Assembly: GCF_009834535.1 (NCBI RefSeq)
Contig: NC_045697.1
Span: 18,292,001 to 18,356,000 of the forward strand
DNA from: Camelus ferus
Lineage: Eukaryota
Length of the DNA: 64,000 nucleotides
Direction: 5' to 3'
Below the pieces are notes generated by a model that worked only from the letters and a program-made list of their open reading frames with translations, was not told where the DNA came from and searched no databases. Made by a program: the position numbers and the translations under genes. Numbering within the stretch: the first letter of the stretch is position 1; the number at the start of each line of letters is the position of its first letter. This document shows positions 42,291 through 57,285 of this stretch, in pieces.

Positions 42291-45200
42291 CAGTGGAAGA
42301 GAACACCATCTCTGAGCATTTTCGTGCAAGCAGGGAGAAGGAGCCGGCCACATTCAGAGGCCTCCCCGCCCTGGACGCTGCGGGGCGGTTCAATCCACTT
42401 CAAAGAGCAAAGTCCAGTGGGTGAGGAAAACAGGGTGATTCATGTCGGTAAAAATTCAACTTAGAAAAAAGCATATTCCTTCCAATTTAGAACCTGGGTT
42501 AGGACTGCATTAGCATTTTTCAGAGAGGCGGCATAGCCAAGTTGAAAGAATCAGGAACTGGATTCCATTAAACAAGTTCCCTGAGCCTCAGTTTTCCCCT
42601 CCGTAAAGAGAGGAGGAGGATCCTGTCCTTCCCATGGGACTGTTAAGATTAAAGGAGACACTGTGCATGGGAAAAGTGGTTTGAAAATCATAAAGGGCAA
42701 TGCAGCTGCTAGGCATTAATTAGTGGTATTACTAAAAATTCAGACTACTGTGATTAACTGGTGGGAAAAAAAAGAACTGCCTCTTTTTTTTTCCCTAAAA
42801 GTGTCAAATGTATAGTTCTTAAAATTACAAAAAGTATCATTATGCCATTGACTTGAATTGTCCCACTGAATAAACTGAGACTTTTCACAGAGGCAAGTAA
42901 AGTCTGGCTCCAACATGTGACTTAATCTTTGATTTTGTTGTAACGGAATTTTGTTATAAGAAATCCCACTTCCAATCCATTGGGTCTGAAGATAAGAATA
43001 AATTTTTAGTGAAAGGAAAAGAGAGTGGAAAAGAAGGAAACTGCCATGTTCCACAGTTTCTGACCTAAGAGGGTAGGTCAGGAAAACGTTCATAGTGGTA
43101 GGACAGAACACTTACTACAACTTAGCGTGACATTTGAGACCCTCCGAAGTGTGGCCTCCAACCTGCCTTTCCAGTCTGCTCTCCTGAATTGCCCATCTCA
43201 CACCAGAGACTCTACTTGAACAAATAATCTCTCAGGTGCTGCTACTGCTGCCTGCAGCAAACACTGTGCATCAACCTGCCGGGCGCCCCGGCTCCCTAAG
43301 CACAGACCCGGCCTCCGAGCCCTTCTCACACTCTGCTCAAGGTGGTCTTTCCTGATCCCTCTGAGCTGGCGTGCAAGATGAAACACATCTGCCAACCCTC
43401 ACACCAAGGGACGCAGGCTCGTCCCCGCTCCCCCATCAGTCTGTATCTCCTCCCCTTTGCCTGGATGTCCTTCCTCCATTCCTTTATCTGACTCTGAAAA
43501 CCTGACTCATCCTTCAAGGTTCTGTCCAAATGTCACCTCTTCTGTGAAGAACCCTAGCAAAGCAGACTGCTCAGTAACTTTTTCCAATTAATAAGTGACT
43601 TAAATAAATAAATAGCTTCATGACATCACCCGGCAGTATAGCTTAATGCTTAGGTGTGGTGTGTAGGGGCCAAAATACCTGGGTTCAAGTCCCAGCTCCA
43701 TCATTAGCTGTGTGATCTCAGACAAGTTACTCTACCTCTCTGAGTCAGTTTCCTCCACTGTAAATAACGACAGTAGAGCACTGGGCAGATTAAATTAGAT
43801 ACTTGCACAAAGTGCTTAGCACAGTTCCTGGCACATAGCAAGTGCTCAGTAAGGGAAAGTGGTTGATACTATTGGTAGCTGTGTTTACCTCCCATATAAC
43901 CACCTTAAAGAGAGGGAACCATGTCTGCATCTTTGAGCCTCCAGACTTGGTACAGAAATTGGTACATGATAGGTGTTCAATCAGTTTTTACTGAACTGTA
44001 CATGATACACATCATAAGGGGTGGTGGGTATCAACAGAGAATGGTTGGGAAGGAAGTTAATTTCTGATGTGGGAATCCAAAAAAAGAAGAAAAGAGAGAG
44101 AGAAGAAAAGAAAAAAAGCTTGTGGGGAAGGAGTGGAAATTGGAGGGGGCTACTGAAATATGAGACTGATTTTTGCCGGGAAAACATGAAAGGAGGCAGT
44201 GGGGGAGGAGGAGTGTTGGGGAGGAGCAGGGAGCCAGGGAAAGCAGCTGCCGGTAAAAGGGGCTGCTTTAGCCAAAGCACAGGGGAGGGGGAATCACAGA
44301 CTCAAGCTAGAGGGCAGGTACAGGGCAAGGGTGAACTCAGGTGTGGTTGCAAAGGAGGATCACCGCAGCTTCACCAGCACAGCCCTAACAGGCTCCACTT
44401 GGAAGCCTGAGTGTGTGCGGGCCCCGAGGAGGGCACACAGCTGCCCCCCAGCCCCACATGCTCCCCGCTGTAGCCATGAGAGGATGTTGTCACAGTGTGA
44501 CAGTCACACACAAGCTAAGAAAGAAAGGGTCCTTGCCTCTTGACTAAAAGCATCCATCACTCAATCAACAAACAGTTACCACGTGCCTGCTGTGTGCAGG
44601 GTGCCACGTCGGGCACTAGGACTAGACAGACCAGGATCCTGGCATTACGGAGTGTATTCTAGTATGGAGACACTCAATAGGAATAAGCCGTTAAATATAT
44701 GAGGAAATAAAAGGTGGATACGGATGGGGCGGGAGCAGCAGGGGTGGGGCTGCTGTCTTAGATAAGGTGGTCAAGGAAGCTGCCTCCAATGAGACGGCAT
44801 TCATGCAAAGATAGGAATGATCTAAGAGAGCAAGCCACGTAGTCATCTGTGGGAGGAGCGTCTTAGAGGACAATAAAGCAAATATCCCAAAGTGGGAATG
44901 AAACTGGTACATTCATGAGACACAAGCAGGAACAGGAGGGCAAGGGGAAGCACGGCAGGAGATGAGGCCGGCAAGGGGACGGGGACAGATTCCACAGGCC
45001 GCGCTAAGGGCCGTGGCTGACCCCTCCTAATGTGATGGGAGGAGGCACCTGCAGGGGGTGCTGTGACCTGCTTGCAGCGACTGCTGTGTGGGGAACGAGG
45101 GTAAAGCCGGAAGACCATTTGCAGGCTAGGGCTGGAGTCCAGACAGGGACAATTGTGGCTTTGCCTAGGATGCCAGCAATACACGTGGTGAGTAGTGACT

Positions 45201-47384
45201 GAATATGCAGTATGGGCTGAAGATGAAGGCAGCTGGGCTAGCTGCCTTCTCACAATAGGACGTACGTCCAGGTGCGTCCTACAGCCACCAGCCTGTGTGG
45301 TTGATTTCTTTCTCTGGGTGAGCTCATGCGTGAGTCAGGCACATGTGTGACTGGTGAGGGACAGCAGCTACCTCCCAGTACCTCCCCCAAGGGAACAATG
45401 AGCGGACCGCAGACACAGTGTCCCTAGCCACTGATGACCCACAAGCCCAGAATAAAGCAGGAACAGGTGCATTGGAAGGGCATGTGGCTGAACCATGGCA
45501 TTTACGTGTCCTGAAAGGCTGCCGGCTTCTGATCTGGGGTAGGTTTACTCAGCAGGGCCAGACAGAAGTAAGTGGCACCTCCACCGAAAATCAGATCACT
45601 GCATGGTCTTGGCAAAGGAGGTAAGCGGCAGCGTGTCTGGACACGCACAGCTCTGGCCCCAGGAGCCTAACCTCAGGCTTTGGTGGAGGGGCACTCCATC
45701 CATGCTCATGGAACATCGGCACATGGGGACTTGGCTCTCTCTCTTTATAAGAAAAAAGGAAATGCGAGCAAGTCAGGGGGTACTTAGTTCAGACGCAGAG
45801 CTCTCGTAGGATACAGGGCACTTGACACAGAAAACGTCCCCCTACACCCTGCACCCCCCAGCGGAGCTGGCTGCAGACTGTGCCGAGGCTAGGCATAAAA
45901 GCTCCCCTGCGGTGCCCTAATGCCACCGTGTTGTTCTGACTGACTCTGGTTCTTCAAGAGCCGAATAAAGAAGCCCCTGCTGGGAACAAGCCAGAAGCCG
46001 GGCCCCCTTCCCTCGCACAGCCCGTACCAAGAACAAAGGTCGCAGACACTTTGCAGGGCTGTTGCAGAGGCTCTTTTGATTTGTCTTTTTCAGAGACGGA
46101 GAGGAAGTGCTCCCCCTTTTTTGGGTGAACAAACCACAGCCCTGCGAGCAGCTGGTTTTGAGGGTAGCCGAAGCCCCCTCCCCGCTACTTCCAGTGACTC
46201 TGACTCTTAGAAAAGGTGTTCCTCTGCGTTATGCTTCTATTAGACTAGTTCTCACCCCAAAAGTAATAGTCTGAAGGAGGTGGGGAGAAAAAAAATCCCA
46301 CTGCGCTGTTCCCGAGCCCTGTGAATATGGGAAGGAACAACAAAAGGAAGAAAAGACGTTTCACATTTTAAAGGCCTCTTTGGGCGCCCTAAGAACTCGG
46401 CTGGTTCGTAAATGACTTCATTTGAAAACTTCCAGCTTGCAATTCAGTCATTCTTCAGTGAGAAATATGTGATTTGCCAAACATGAAATGGAATCATTAA
46501 GCCCTGACAAAATCAATCGGAGGCAAGGCAAAACTGGCTGCGTGTGCCCCGTGCTTCCTTCTCCTTAACAAGTGAGGTATCCCTGCGGAAGGCATTCCAG
46601 AAGGATGCTAGCATGGGGTTCTGCCTGGAAGAGGGCTGCACGCTGATCACCACGACACCTGCAGCGCGACGATTCCAGACGTTTCGTTGCTCACCCCACC
46701 CTCCCCTCAACACACACACAGAAAGGGGATTTGTCCTCTGCTAGGTATCTCTGTTTTTAAAGCACTGCACCAACACGAGATAAACCAGACACAGAGCAGG
46801 GCTATTGAAAAATGCAGGATAAAATTGTATAGAACTATGCACACTCACGAAAGTGCATGTAAAAACAGGTGTAATCTGAATAAGGTCTGCAGTCTAGTTA
46901 ACAGTATCAGACTAACATCAGTTTCCTGGTTTTGATATTGTACTTTAGTTATGGAAGATGTCACAATTAGGGGAAGCCGGGGGAAGGATATAGGGAACTC
47001 TCTCCCATTTTTGCAACTTCCTGCAAATCTATAATTATTTCATAATGAAGTTTTTTTTTTTTTAAATGCCACATGTATTGGTTCTATGGCAAGTGGCCTC
47101 TGACCAGCAATAACACGGGGTTGCTCTGGCCCTTTCAGTTTCCATTATATGTAGGGTGGTTTGGGGGTGGCCCCAGGAAATCCTCACTGCCATTGTTTTC
47201 ACTGTGTCCTGAAGTCACCTTGCTCCAAACCAGTCCTCTTGGAGACAAGGAGGTGTCAGGCACGTCCCATAGAAGGGTCTGCTGTCACAGGCCTGTGGAT
47301 TTCCTCCACCCACCAAGTCTGCCTGGGGTGTTCAGCCCCTGCAACTCTAGATCCGAGTACCACCAGCTCTACTCCTGTTCCAGA

Positions 47385-47570
47385 GGGTCTCAGCTTTAAG
47401 GTGCATCAGAGTCTTGGGAATGTATTTTAAATGCTGGTTCCAGGGCCCTGCACCCCACAGATCCTGGCTGAGGAGGTAATGGATGAGGCCTGGGCATTTG
47501 CATTTGCAGCAAGAGCCCTGGGTGATTCTGTTGCAGGTGGTCCTAGGGTCTCACTTTAGGAAATGCTGCC
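47385..47570. mobile_element. MER5-like hAT element
   Basis: GGTCTCAGCTTTAAGGTGCATCAGA...GGGCATTTGCATTT...GGTGATTCTG...CACTTTAGGAAATGCTG. Confidence 0.6.
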
Positions 47571-48083
47571 CAGACTCCAGATGAGCTCCTGGGAACATGC
47601 CGGGGTAGGCTCTGCAGGATGGGGAGAGGAGCTGGCAGGTGCTCAGATTCCACCTAGCAAGATGCCCCAGGTACCAACAGAGACAACTTCAGTCCCCTTC
47701 TTCTAAATGCACAGAGCTAGAGATCTCCAACCCGGGGCTTAAAGAAGGCTGAAAAAGGGCATGGAAACCTCCTCTATTGGTCCTGGGACCATGTGACATT
47801 TAGGATAAAATACAGAGTTTGCATTCTGTTATCATGATGGCTACTTTTTACTGAGTACTGATTACGTGCTAAGCAAATTACATCTCATTTAATTCTCTCA
47901 ATGCTGCCCTGAGAGAATTGTTATTTATTACCCCCATTTTACAGATAAGGTAACTAAGACTGAAAGTTCCAAAGTTACACAGGCACAAAGTGGCAGAGCC
48001 AGGAGTTGAACCCAGATCAACTTGGCTGCAAAGCCAATGCTGCACTAAAACTGACACTTGAGGGTTTTTTGAGGGAGACCAGG

Positions 48084-48549
48084 TATAACCGAGCAGGACC
48101 CTGTGGAGCCTTCCCGGGACAGACCCTTCCTCCATATCCTCCTCTTGGAAGTACCCAGATAATAGCATCTCATGTATATTTTCTGAATTTTTTAGATGCT
48201 AAAAACCACCACCAAAGGGAAGAAATTGCCCACTTGATGATTGAGAACACGTGGCCACCAGACCTTCTGGGGCTTAGGGGTTGATCGTGCTGACCTCCTT
48301 GTTACCCCAACACCCCAATTAGAGGATTGTGCATGAGTTGATCACATACCCTGAAACCCACCTCCCTTACCTGGCCTTTAAATATGCTTTGCTGAAACCC
48401 TTCGGGGAGTTTGGGGTTTTCCAGGTTTTCTTGAACACAAGCCACCCCACCCTCCTTGCTCGATCCTGCAATAAACCCTTCTCTGCTCCAAACTCCGACG
48501 TTTCGGTCTGTCTGGCCTCACAGGGCACATGAACCTGCATTCAGTAACA
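48084..48549 (+). mobile_element. ERV1-like solo LTR
   Basis: Termini TATAAC...GTAACA (5' TG decayed); near-perfect 4-bp TSD CAGG/CAGT; TATA-like TTTAAA at 48377-48382; AATAAA at 48470-48475. Confidence 0.75.
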
Positions 48550-48721
48550 CAGTGGATGGGGGTCGGGGGAGAGGAGGAGGACTTTCCAGATCCTTGTTTC
48601 CGTGTCATTAACACTCCTTTGCAACGTATAGCAGATCCAAGCCTCTCAGGGTCCTTTGTCCCTGTCTTACCTCCATCTTCCATCCTCTTCTCTCCTACTT
48701 TCTCTTCTCTGCACCTTTTCA

Positions 48722-49444
<723 letters not shown>

Positions 49445-50281
49445 CTAAAAAGAAAAAAAAAAAAAAGAAATAGAGAAAGTTTTAAAATTATCATATTAAC
49501 AGATACGTGAATCATTATTTTCCTGGAAGAAAAATATAGCCATTTACATAATGAAACGAATGTGGAAGATAAAAGATGCCGAAACCAGTACTGAACAATT
49601 GGAGAAAAACCAGCATACACACAAATGAAGATTAGACCACATTAAACTCTCTCCCCAGACTCAGGAGCATCTGCTGATCAGAATGTGACTTTCAAAGCTA
49701 CGTGGCAATCATTCCAGAGTTGGTTTCCAAATGGAGGAGCTGGTTCACGACAAATCCAGCAACAGTGAATCTGCCTTAGAGTGAAAGAGGCAGCCCAGCT
49801 CCAGACATTTTCAAACTATTGTCCTGACATCAGATGGTGGTCAGATGCAGCCAAATCAAAGGGCAGGAGAAGGGTTCAAAGTGCACCCGTGAGGAAACGT
49901 ATCAGGGACGCCAACCCAGCCCCTCTTTCTCCCTAAGTCCTGAGCCAGGACAAGTGTGCATGACAAATGGGCTGGCAGGAGGTTTCCATTGCTCCAAATC
50001 AGACACCGTCAGGCTTGGACCACAGACCGTGTTGTCTGAATCTTTCACCATGGATGGCGCCACATATGCCAAGAAAGATTTTAGCTGCCGGTTTAATTAT
50101 CTAGTTCCTAAAATGACGAAGCCTTCTCAGTGTGGACATTACTTCCAGAAGTCTGGGAAGTTTGGTCATAAAATCAAGGCAATGTTTTGAGCAGGAGGCA
50201 TGGATGTATGGATGCTAAGAGCTCTTCTAAATGTGACTTTGTGATTTAGGCATCCAAATCACAACAGCAAAAATGTTAGCC

Positions 50282-51025
50282 CACTTAACACCCATTAAAA
50301 TGGCTATTATTATAAAAATAATTTAGAAAATAAAAAGCATTGGAAAGGATGGAGAGAAACTAGAACCTTGTGCATTGCTGATGGGAATATAAAACGATGC
50401 AGCCACTGGAAAGAAGTACAGCAGTTCCTAAAAAAATCACACACAGAATAACCATATGATCCAGTAATCCCACTTCTGGGTCTGTACCCAAGCACTGAAA
50501 GCAGGGACTAGAAGAGATATGTTCATAGACTTACAGCCATGTTCACAGCAGCATTACTCATAATAGCTTGAAGGTAGAAACAACCCAAATGTCCATTGAT
50601 GGATGAATAGATAAACAAAATGAAGCAGATTACACACAATGGAATATTATTCAGCCTTAAAAAGGAAGGAGATACTGACACATGCCATCCTGTGGATGAA
50701 CTTTGAGGACATTATGCTGAGTGAAATAAGCCAGTCACAAAAGAGTGAATACTGTCTGATTCCACTTATCTGTGGTACCCAGAGTAGTCAGATTCACAGA
50801 GACGGAAAGTAGATGATGGCTCCCAGGGCCTGGGGGAGGGGGATGGTGCACTGCGGTTTAATGAGTAGAGAGTTTCAGTTCTGCAAGATGAAAGGAGCTC
50901 TGGGGATGGATGGTGGTGATGGTTGCACAACAATGTGAATGTACTCAATGGCACTGAATTAGACACTTTGAAATGACTAATATGGTAAATTTTATGCTAT
51001 GAATAGCTTTACCGCAGTTTTAAAG
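50282..51025 (+). mobile_element. Old L1 (L1MB-like) 3' fragment
   Basis: Same diagnostic motifs as the 17.2-18.1 kb copy (CAACCCAAATGTCCA, GGAATATTATTCAGCCTTAAAAAGGAAGG, AGTTTCAGTTCTGCAAGATGAA). Confidence 0.85.
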
Positions 51026-53219
51026 AAAAAGGTCACTGTGGTCTTCTCCAAAGAAGGAACGAATAGGGACCCCTTTCTTCAATTCTGTCATAGGGCTATA
51101 GGGGAGGCCAAGGTGGACTCATGTTTATAAACAGCAGTGACACCAGGCAGAACCTGGCCAGGGTTCCAGTCAAACTATAAGCAAACCCTAAGGGAGCACA
51201 GAGGCAGTGGAGAGTGATTTGCCGGGACCGGCTTTATGGAGGAAATGGCATCTCAGTTGAACTTTGAGGAATCAAGAGAAGTTCTTTAGGTAGAGAGGCA
51301 AGGGGAGGACACTGCAAGTGGTGTGAACAGCTTAAATAGGAGCAAGAAGGCAGGGAGATACAGCTGTATTGGGGGTCTAGCAAGCAGCTTGGTTTGATGA
51401 GAGACTAGAAGAAGGGTAAAGACATAAAAGGACTTGGGGCTACGAAGATGAAAGAGAGGCAGAATCCTGGCTCTGGAGGACACTGAATCTTAGCCCAAAG
51501 AATGTGGATTTTTATTCTACTGACAGCAAAGAATTGATGAAGGTTTCTATAAAAGGGGATGGTGTTTCTATTTTAAAGCACTGACAGTCAATTAGAAACA
51601 AGACTGACAATCAAGAAAAAAGAGAGAACGACATTGTTCATTGATAAGGAAATTCTCACTTAGAGGCAAACTGAAATTACACTGAAATACTATTTTGAAC
51701 CTATTAGATTCACAGAGATCAAAAAGTCCAAAAACACATCGTCCTGGCCTGAGTGGGAACGCATGCCTCTCATGAATTGCTGGTGGGAGTGAGGTCTGTG
51801 GATATCAATCAGGCTGTATCTATCACAAGTGTAAATGTCCCTATCCTTTGGCCCTCGAATTCCTCTCCTAGGATTTTCTCCTACAAACATACACCCTCAA
51901 ACTTGTGCAAACTCATGCACAAACAATTTTTCACTGCAGCATTGTAACAGCAAGAGATGGAAAACCTAAATGCCCATCAAGAGAAGTCTGGATCAATAGA
52001 TTATATATAGTACACCCGCCCCTGGAGTACCACACAGCTATTCAAATTGGGAAGATTTTCATGTCCAGATAACGGGATAACCTCCAGTTTTGTTTGTTTG
52101 TTTGTTTGTTTTAAGCAAGTTCAGAAGTACAACTTGGCTTTTAAAAAAAGGTGGTGGGGATGGGTAATACACATTTGCTGCAGCACACACAGCACTGGCT
52201 GCTCACATAGAAAAGGACAAGGTGACAAGGGGAGAGGGCAGGAGATAAATCTACACTGTCTTTGCTTATTTTTTGAATTTTTGTACCACATGAATATTTC
52301 CCCCAAAAAAGTCGAGGCGGCAGGGACAGAAAAGCAACAGTCCTAAAAGATGAAAATGGAAAATGCAGCTTCTCCAAATGGCAGGGGCAGGACAGAAGAG
52401 CTGGCCATGCCTTTTGATTAGTCATGGGAAACCTGTGGGATGAACTATGCAAAGAGGTGGGTAAAGTCCAAACTGCCTGCCTCCGCCAGGAGGGATCTAA
52501 TCTTTTTATGCTCTCATTTAGAACTCCAAATTACAGGAGAGGAAACAAAATAAAAATAACATTATAATTAGAAGTAGAGAATGTCAGGGCAGGTGAGTGT
52601 TTGGTGACGAACCAGCCCGCCTCATGTTTCGGATGAGGCAATGGGAACCCAGAGGGGATGTTCTCCGACGTCCTCCAGCTGGAGGTTTAGCGGAGGCCAG
52701 CCCAGAAGCCCGGCTCCGTTTCCTCCCGCCCACTCTGACACTCTCCACCCCGTAGCACACACCAAGAGAGGGAAAAGTTGCCATTTCCAGGCTGAATTCT
52801 GCTTTCGTAGGAAAAGAGTGAGAGCCAGCATTTGTCCATGAGCGGCAGTTTACCTCTACGGCCAGATATGCTGAGATGCGGGCCCCCTTCTCAAGATGCA
52901 AATCAAGCTGTTAAGCCCACAGCAGAGTTCAGCCCAAGCCAGAGACTGGAGCTGATGGAAGCTGGACCAGAACAGTGCTGCTGGGTGGCCGGCTCTCCCT
53001 GGTCCAAACGCCCCCAGCGCTTCCCTTTCTCAACCCTTCGGGAAGGAGATGTTTGCTTATTTAGTGAGACAATAGGAAGCAGAGTCCAGGATATGCTGTG
53101 GTAGATTAAATATCCCATTGTGTTCTTTCTCACAGAATGACTTAAAACCGCTTCCTCATTCTTTTCATGTATACTTTAAAACCTCACCCAGGCCCCATTC
53201 TCCCACTTCGATTTTTTAA

Positions 53220-53222
<3 letters not shown>

Positions 53223-53252
<30 letters not shown>
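53223..53252. repeat. (TA)n microsatellite
   Basis: About 15 TA units. Confidence 0.95.
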
Positions 53253-53257
<5 letters not shown>

Positions 53258-53689
53258 CTGATGCTAGAAATTCCAGTGAAAACATCTTTGAAACAGAATT
53301 CCAAGGGGAAAAGCGATCTGATGTCATGAAATTTCACTGGAAAGTGCAGTTAATAATAGTCACACTCATTTGTTTACGTCTTATTGCTAGAAATGCACCG
53401 GCCCGCTTTTCCGAGTTAAGTGCAATTTCACTATTGTTTGGTGACCCACAACTTTCCAGACCCCAGGTTCAAGCTCATCTCTCTGCAGCTGGATGGTGAG
53501 AGATGAGAATGAAGAAGGTATGGGACACCTGACTGTGTATTTTCTTCTGGGTCTTCCCTTTAAATTCTGTTTTCAAGGAAATCTCTACACACTCAGATGA
53601 AGATAATTTTATTTTCACCCGCTTCAGAGTCTCATATGAAGTAAAAGCAAATCCCAGGTTGACGGATGCCAGACATCTGCTCTCCAGAG

Positions 53690-54225
53690 TGGGAGCCGGC
53701 AGTCATACTAAGCATTCAAGTTGAGATGCTTTGTAACTATAAAAGATATACTGGATTTCAAAGACTGAACATAAAAAAAGGTTGGAAAAATAACTCATTA
53801 ATAACTTTTAAACTGATTACATGTTGAAATGATAAGATTAGGATACAATGAGTGAAATAAAACACATTACTAAAAATTAACTTTACCTGTTTCTATTTAC
53901 TTGTTTTGTGTGGCTGTTTTCTAAAATTTGAAATGACATATGTGGCTCAAATTTGTGACTCACATTATATTTCTACCGAATGGTACTTTTCTAGATTTGA
54001 GGTCAGCAGACTTTTCTTGCAAAAAAAGGGGGCCATATGGTAATTATTTGGAGTTTTTAGGCCACTCGATGTCCATCAAGAAAGCAGGCATTGATAACAC
54101 ACAAGTCAGCGAGCGTGGCTGTGGTCCAGTACGACCTTGTTTACAGGTAAGTGTGGCTGGCCTGCTAGGCGCAGGGGCCATAGTTTGCCCAAACTGCTGC
54201 TCTAGATTATCAAGCTTTTATTCTA
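53690..54225. mobile_element. Adjacent hAT-Charlie elements (MER3/MER33-like, then MER58A-like)
   Basis: TTACATGTTGAAATGATAA...ATATGTGGCTCA...CACATTATATTTCTA, followed by GGTCAGCAGACTTTTC...GGCCATAGTTTGCCC. Confidence 0.65.
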
Positions 54226-57225
54226 GACAGTTTGGAAGAAAACAAAGTGACAGGAGTTATGCATTTTAAAGGAATAATCATATAGGAGAAATGAGATGAA
54301 TAGACCAATCAGGCATCATTTCCCATATGTGTAGTTGATGGGGCTTGATTTGTTATTTTGCCCAGGGTCCCTCGTGGCAGTGTTGACATCTTGCTAATGT
54401 TTCTTTCAGTAAAGATCTAAGCAGGATGAGAAGTTGGAGTTAGGCTGGGCAAAGAGATCAAATTCCATGGATAGGTTATTTGCGAAGTGGGAAAAGCATG
54501 AGTGACAGCTGGAAAAGAAGAGCAACTTCAGGGATGGGGCGATGTTCTTAATAAGATGGCTGTGCTGGCCCCAAGGAGGACCCCAAAATCACTGCATGTG
54601 GCTTGAGGCAAATGGCCTAAAAGTCCTTCCAGAAGGCATTAACAATCCTGAGTCTTGTGGGCACCCATGTAACACAAGAAGCTGGCATTGCGTGAGTTGG
54701 AGCAGACCCAGTGGGCAGCTGCTTCACCAGGAGTTGCGGCTACCTCTGTTATGTACAAAACCAACACCGATTAGCAACACATCACATTCTAAATATTGAT
54801 TAAGCTGAAGCTGACTTCCTGGCTCAAGTCATGTGTGTGGTTATGAGCTATTTCCTGCCAAGAATATAAGGCAATTAACTTGAAGAGTTTCAGCTACAGG
54901 CATGACACGTGTCCAACCTTCATAGGTATTTTCACATGCCAGGTTGCATTAACATAAGCTAAAAATCACCCAAACGTCCCTTTGTGTAGAAATTATAAAG
55001 TCAGAGTCCATGTCTTATTCATTATCATGTCTCTGGCTTCTAAGGTAGAGCTTGGCACCCAGTAGAATTTGGAGAAGTGTTTCTTGCTGAAATAAAGCAC
55101 TGGGCAGGGGCACTTCTGCTGAGCACCTGGTGGTCCGTCTCAGGTCGACTGCCCCCCAGCCCTGGAGGCACCTGCATATAAACCAGAGGACTGAGTTTCC
55201 ACCACACTGCCTGACATTCACAAGTCTTTTGGGAGGGGGCCCTTGGCACTTCTCTGTTTTCCATCCAGCCTCATTAATCCCTTTCCAAAGAGCCCTCACC
55301 CTCTGGCATCTCATTGGGTCCCTCGGGGTCAGCGCTGACTTGGGGGACTGTGAGGTCAAGGAAGGGGGCATTCTGGCACCCATCCTGCCCCTTCAGGGTG
55401 AACTTCTCTCAGCTACCGAGTCCCTCCACACCTTTCAGACAACTGCCCTACATTCTAGAACTTTTCCATTTCTCCACACCAAAAATACAAATTAAAATTT
55501 AAAAATTTCTGATCCTTCCACCTCCTGTGGGACTCCTGCTCATCTGGCAAGTTCATGCATGTTAACGTGATCATGAGAAAGCACTGTGGCAATGTCACGT
55601 TTCTGCACTTCTGTGCCAGTCTCGCGGAGACGATGCCTTAAAAACAAAGGCCAAATGCACTGCAGCTGTAAGCAAGATATCTGGGGTGCAAAGGGCATTT
55701 CTGTGCCCTTTCAAATTATGCCATTCAAGAAGCCACATAGATGTTCCACCTCGGAAGCTACTGGCCTGCTCTGCATACAGTGGAGCTGGGCTCTGAGAGG
55801 TGCCTGAACCCTCAAACATCTGCTTATACCAGGAGGCCCTAATCAAAGTCAAATTTGACAACATCCCACACAGTCACAAAACACAGATTCCTTTGTCTTT
55901 GTGTAATTGTGTATGCCTTGTAATTTTTTTTTTAAAAAAAGGAAGAAATGGGTCATTTAATGTGTGTTCCTGATAAAAGACCCATAATTGGAGATCTAAA
56001 TGCATTCAGTTCAGCCTGGGAATCAAGAAACAGATTAACTTACGTATCTTCTGGATAGAAAAAAAAAAAAATCTATCAATAGTGCCCAAACTTCTTTAGC
56101 ATGAATGCATCTGATTCCTTTAAACAAAATCAATAAGAAACTCTATTCAAATAACCTTCCCTTGTTCAAAAGAGCTGAGAAAACTTGGCTCTTCTCTCTA
56201 TATGATTCCCCTGTTATTTAAGGAAGGGACAGAGAGATTAGAAAATCTTAATTCATTTGCGTCTGTCTACAGGAAGTTCATTTACACTTACACGTGTATG
56301 TGGGTAAATCTGATTGCAAACAATAATTGACAGTTTTTCTCATCTCTGCCCATTCCACCCCATGGTCACCGAAGAAAACCTTGGCTCATGAGCACTTTCT
56401 CTCCCAACTGGCTGGATCAAACTTTCCATGGGTCAAAAAGGTAATTGTATCAGCTTAAAAACCCTTCTGATTTCTGCTGAAATAAGCAAAAATTTTGTTT
56501 ACATTAACAAAGTGTGCAATTAAACAGACTGGGCATCAATATGGACTTCGAAGTCAAGATGCGCCTTGGGACACATTTCCCAGCCAAATAGTGTGCCTTC
56601 CCAACCTGAGAGCTGGCTAAAGAAGGGCCACCACAATAATGATCAATGCTCCTCATTGTCATCCTCTCCCCTCTTCAAAACTGTGTGATATGCTATTTCT
56701 TTCTAACACAAATCATACAAGGAAAACTACATTTTGGTTCAGTTTAATTTCACTGAGTACCTACTCTAAGCCGGGCACTGGGATGTGCAGAGTAAGTTTT
56801 TCTTCTCACTCACTTCTAACCTCATCCTCTCCCACTGAATTTCACAGAACTTCTTCCCTCTCACCTGCTTCTCACAATAGCCCCCTGAGGGACCCAGCAC
56901 TCCAGTTTTATAGCTGAGGAAACAGAATGGATTCAGAGAGTGTTGGAAACTCGCCCGAGAACCACCAGCTACTAAAAAGCAGAACCAAAACTCAAATCCA
57001 CAGCTGCTGACTCCAAAGTCAGTGATGGTGTGCTTCCTGCCTTCCAGAAACACCCAGAATGATGCCCTCAACTCACCCACTTAACTTCTACACCTGTCAC
57101 TGCTTTCTGGCTACAGGTGGGGGAATCCTGGGACTTTGCCCATTCCCGTTTTGAAAATGGGGGGTGAGGAGCTAAAATCCCATGAGGTCCCTACACCTTG
57201 TGTCTGGGGAGGGTAGACATTATCT

Positions 57226-57247
57226 TACACACGCGCGCGCACACGCG

Positions 57248-57280
<33 letters not shown>
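57226..57280. repeat. Compound (CA)/(CG)/(CA)n microsatellite
   Basis: ACACACGCGCGCGCACACGCGA followed by about 15 AC units. Confidence 0.95.
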
Positions 57281-57285
<5 letters not shown>

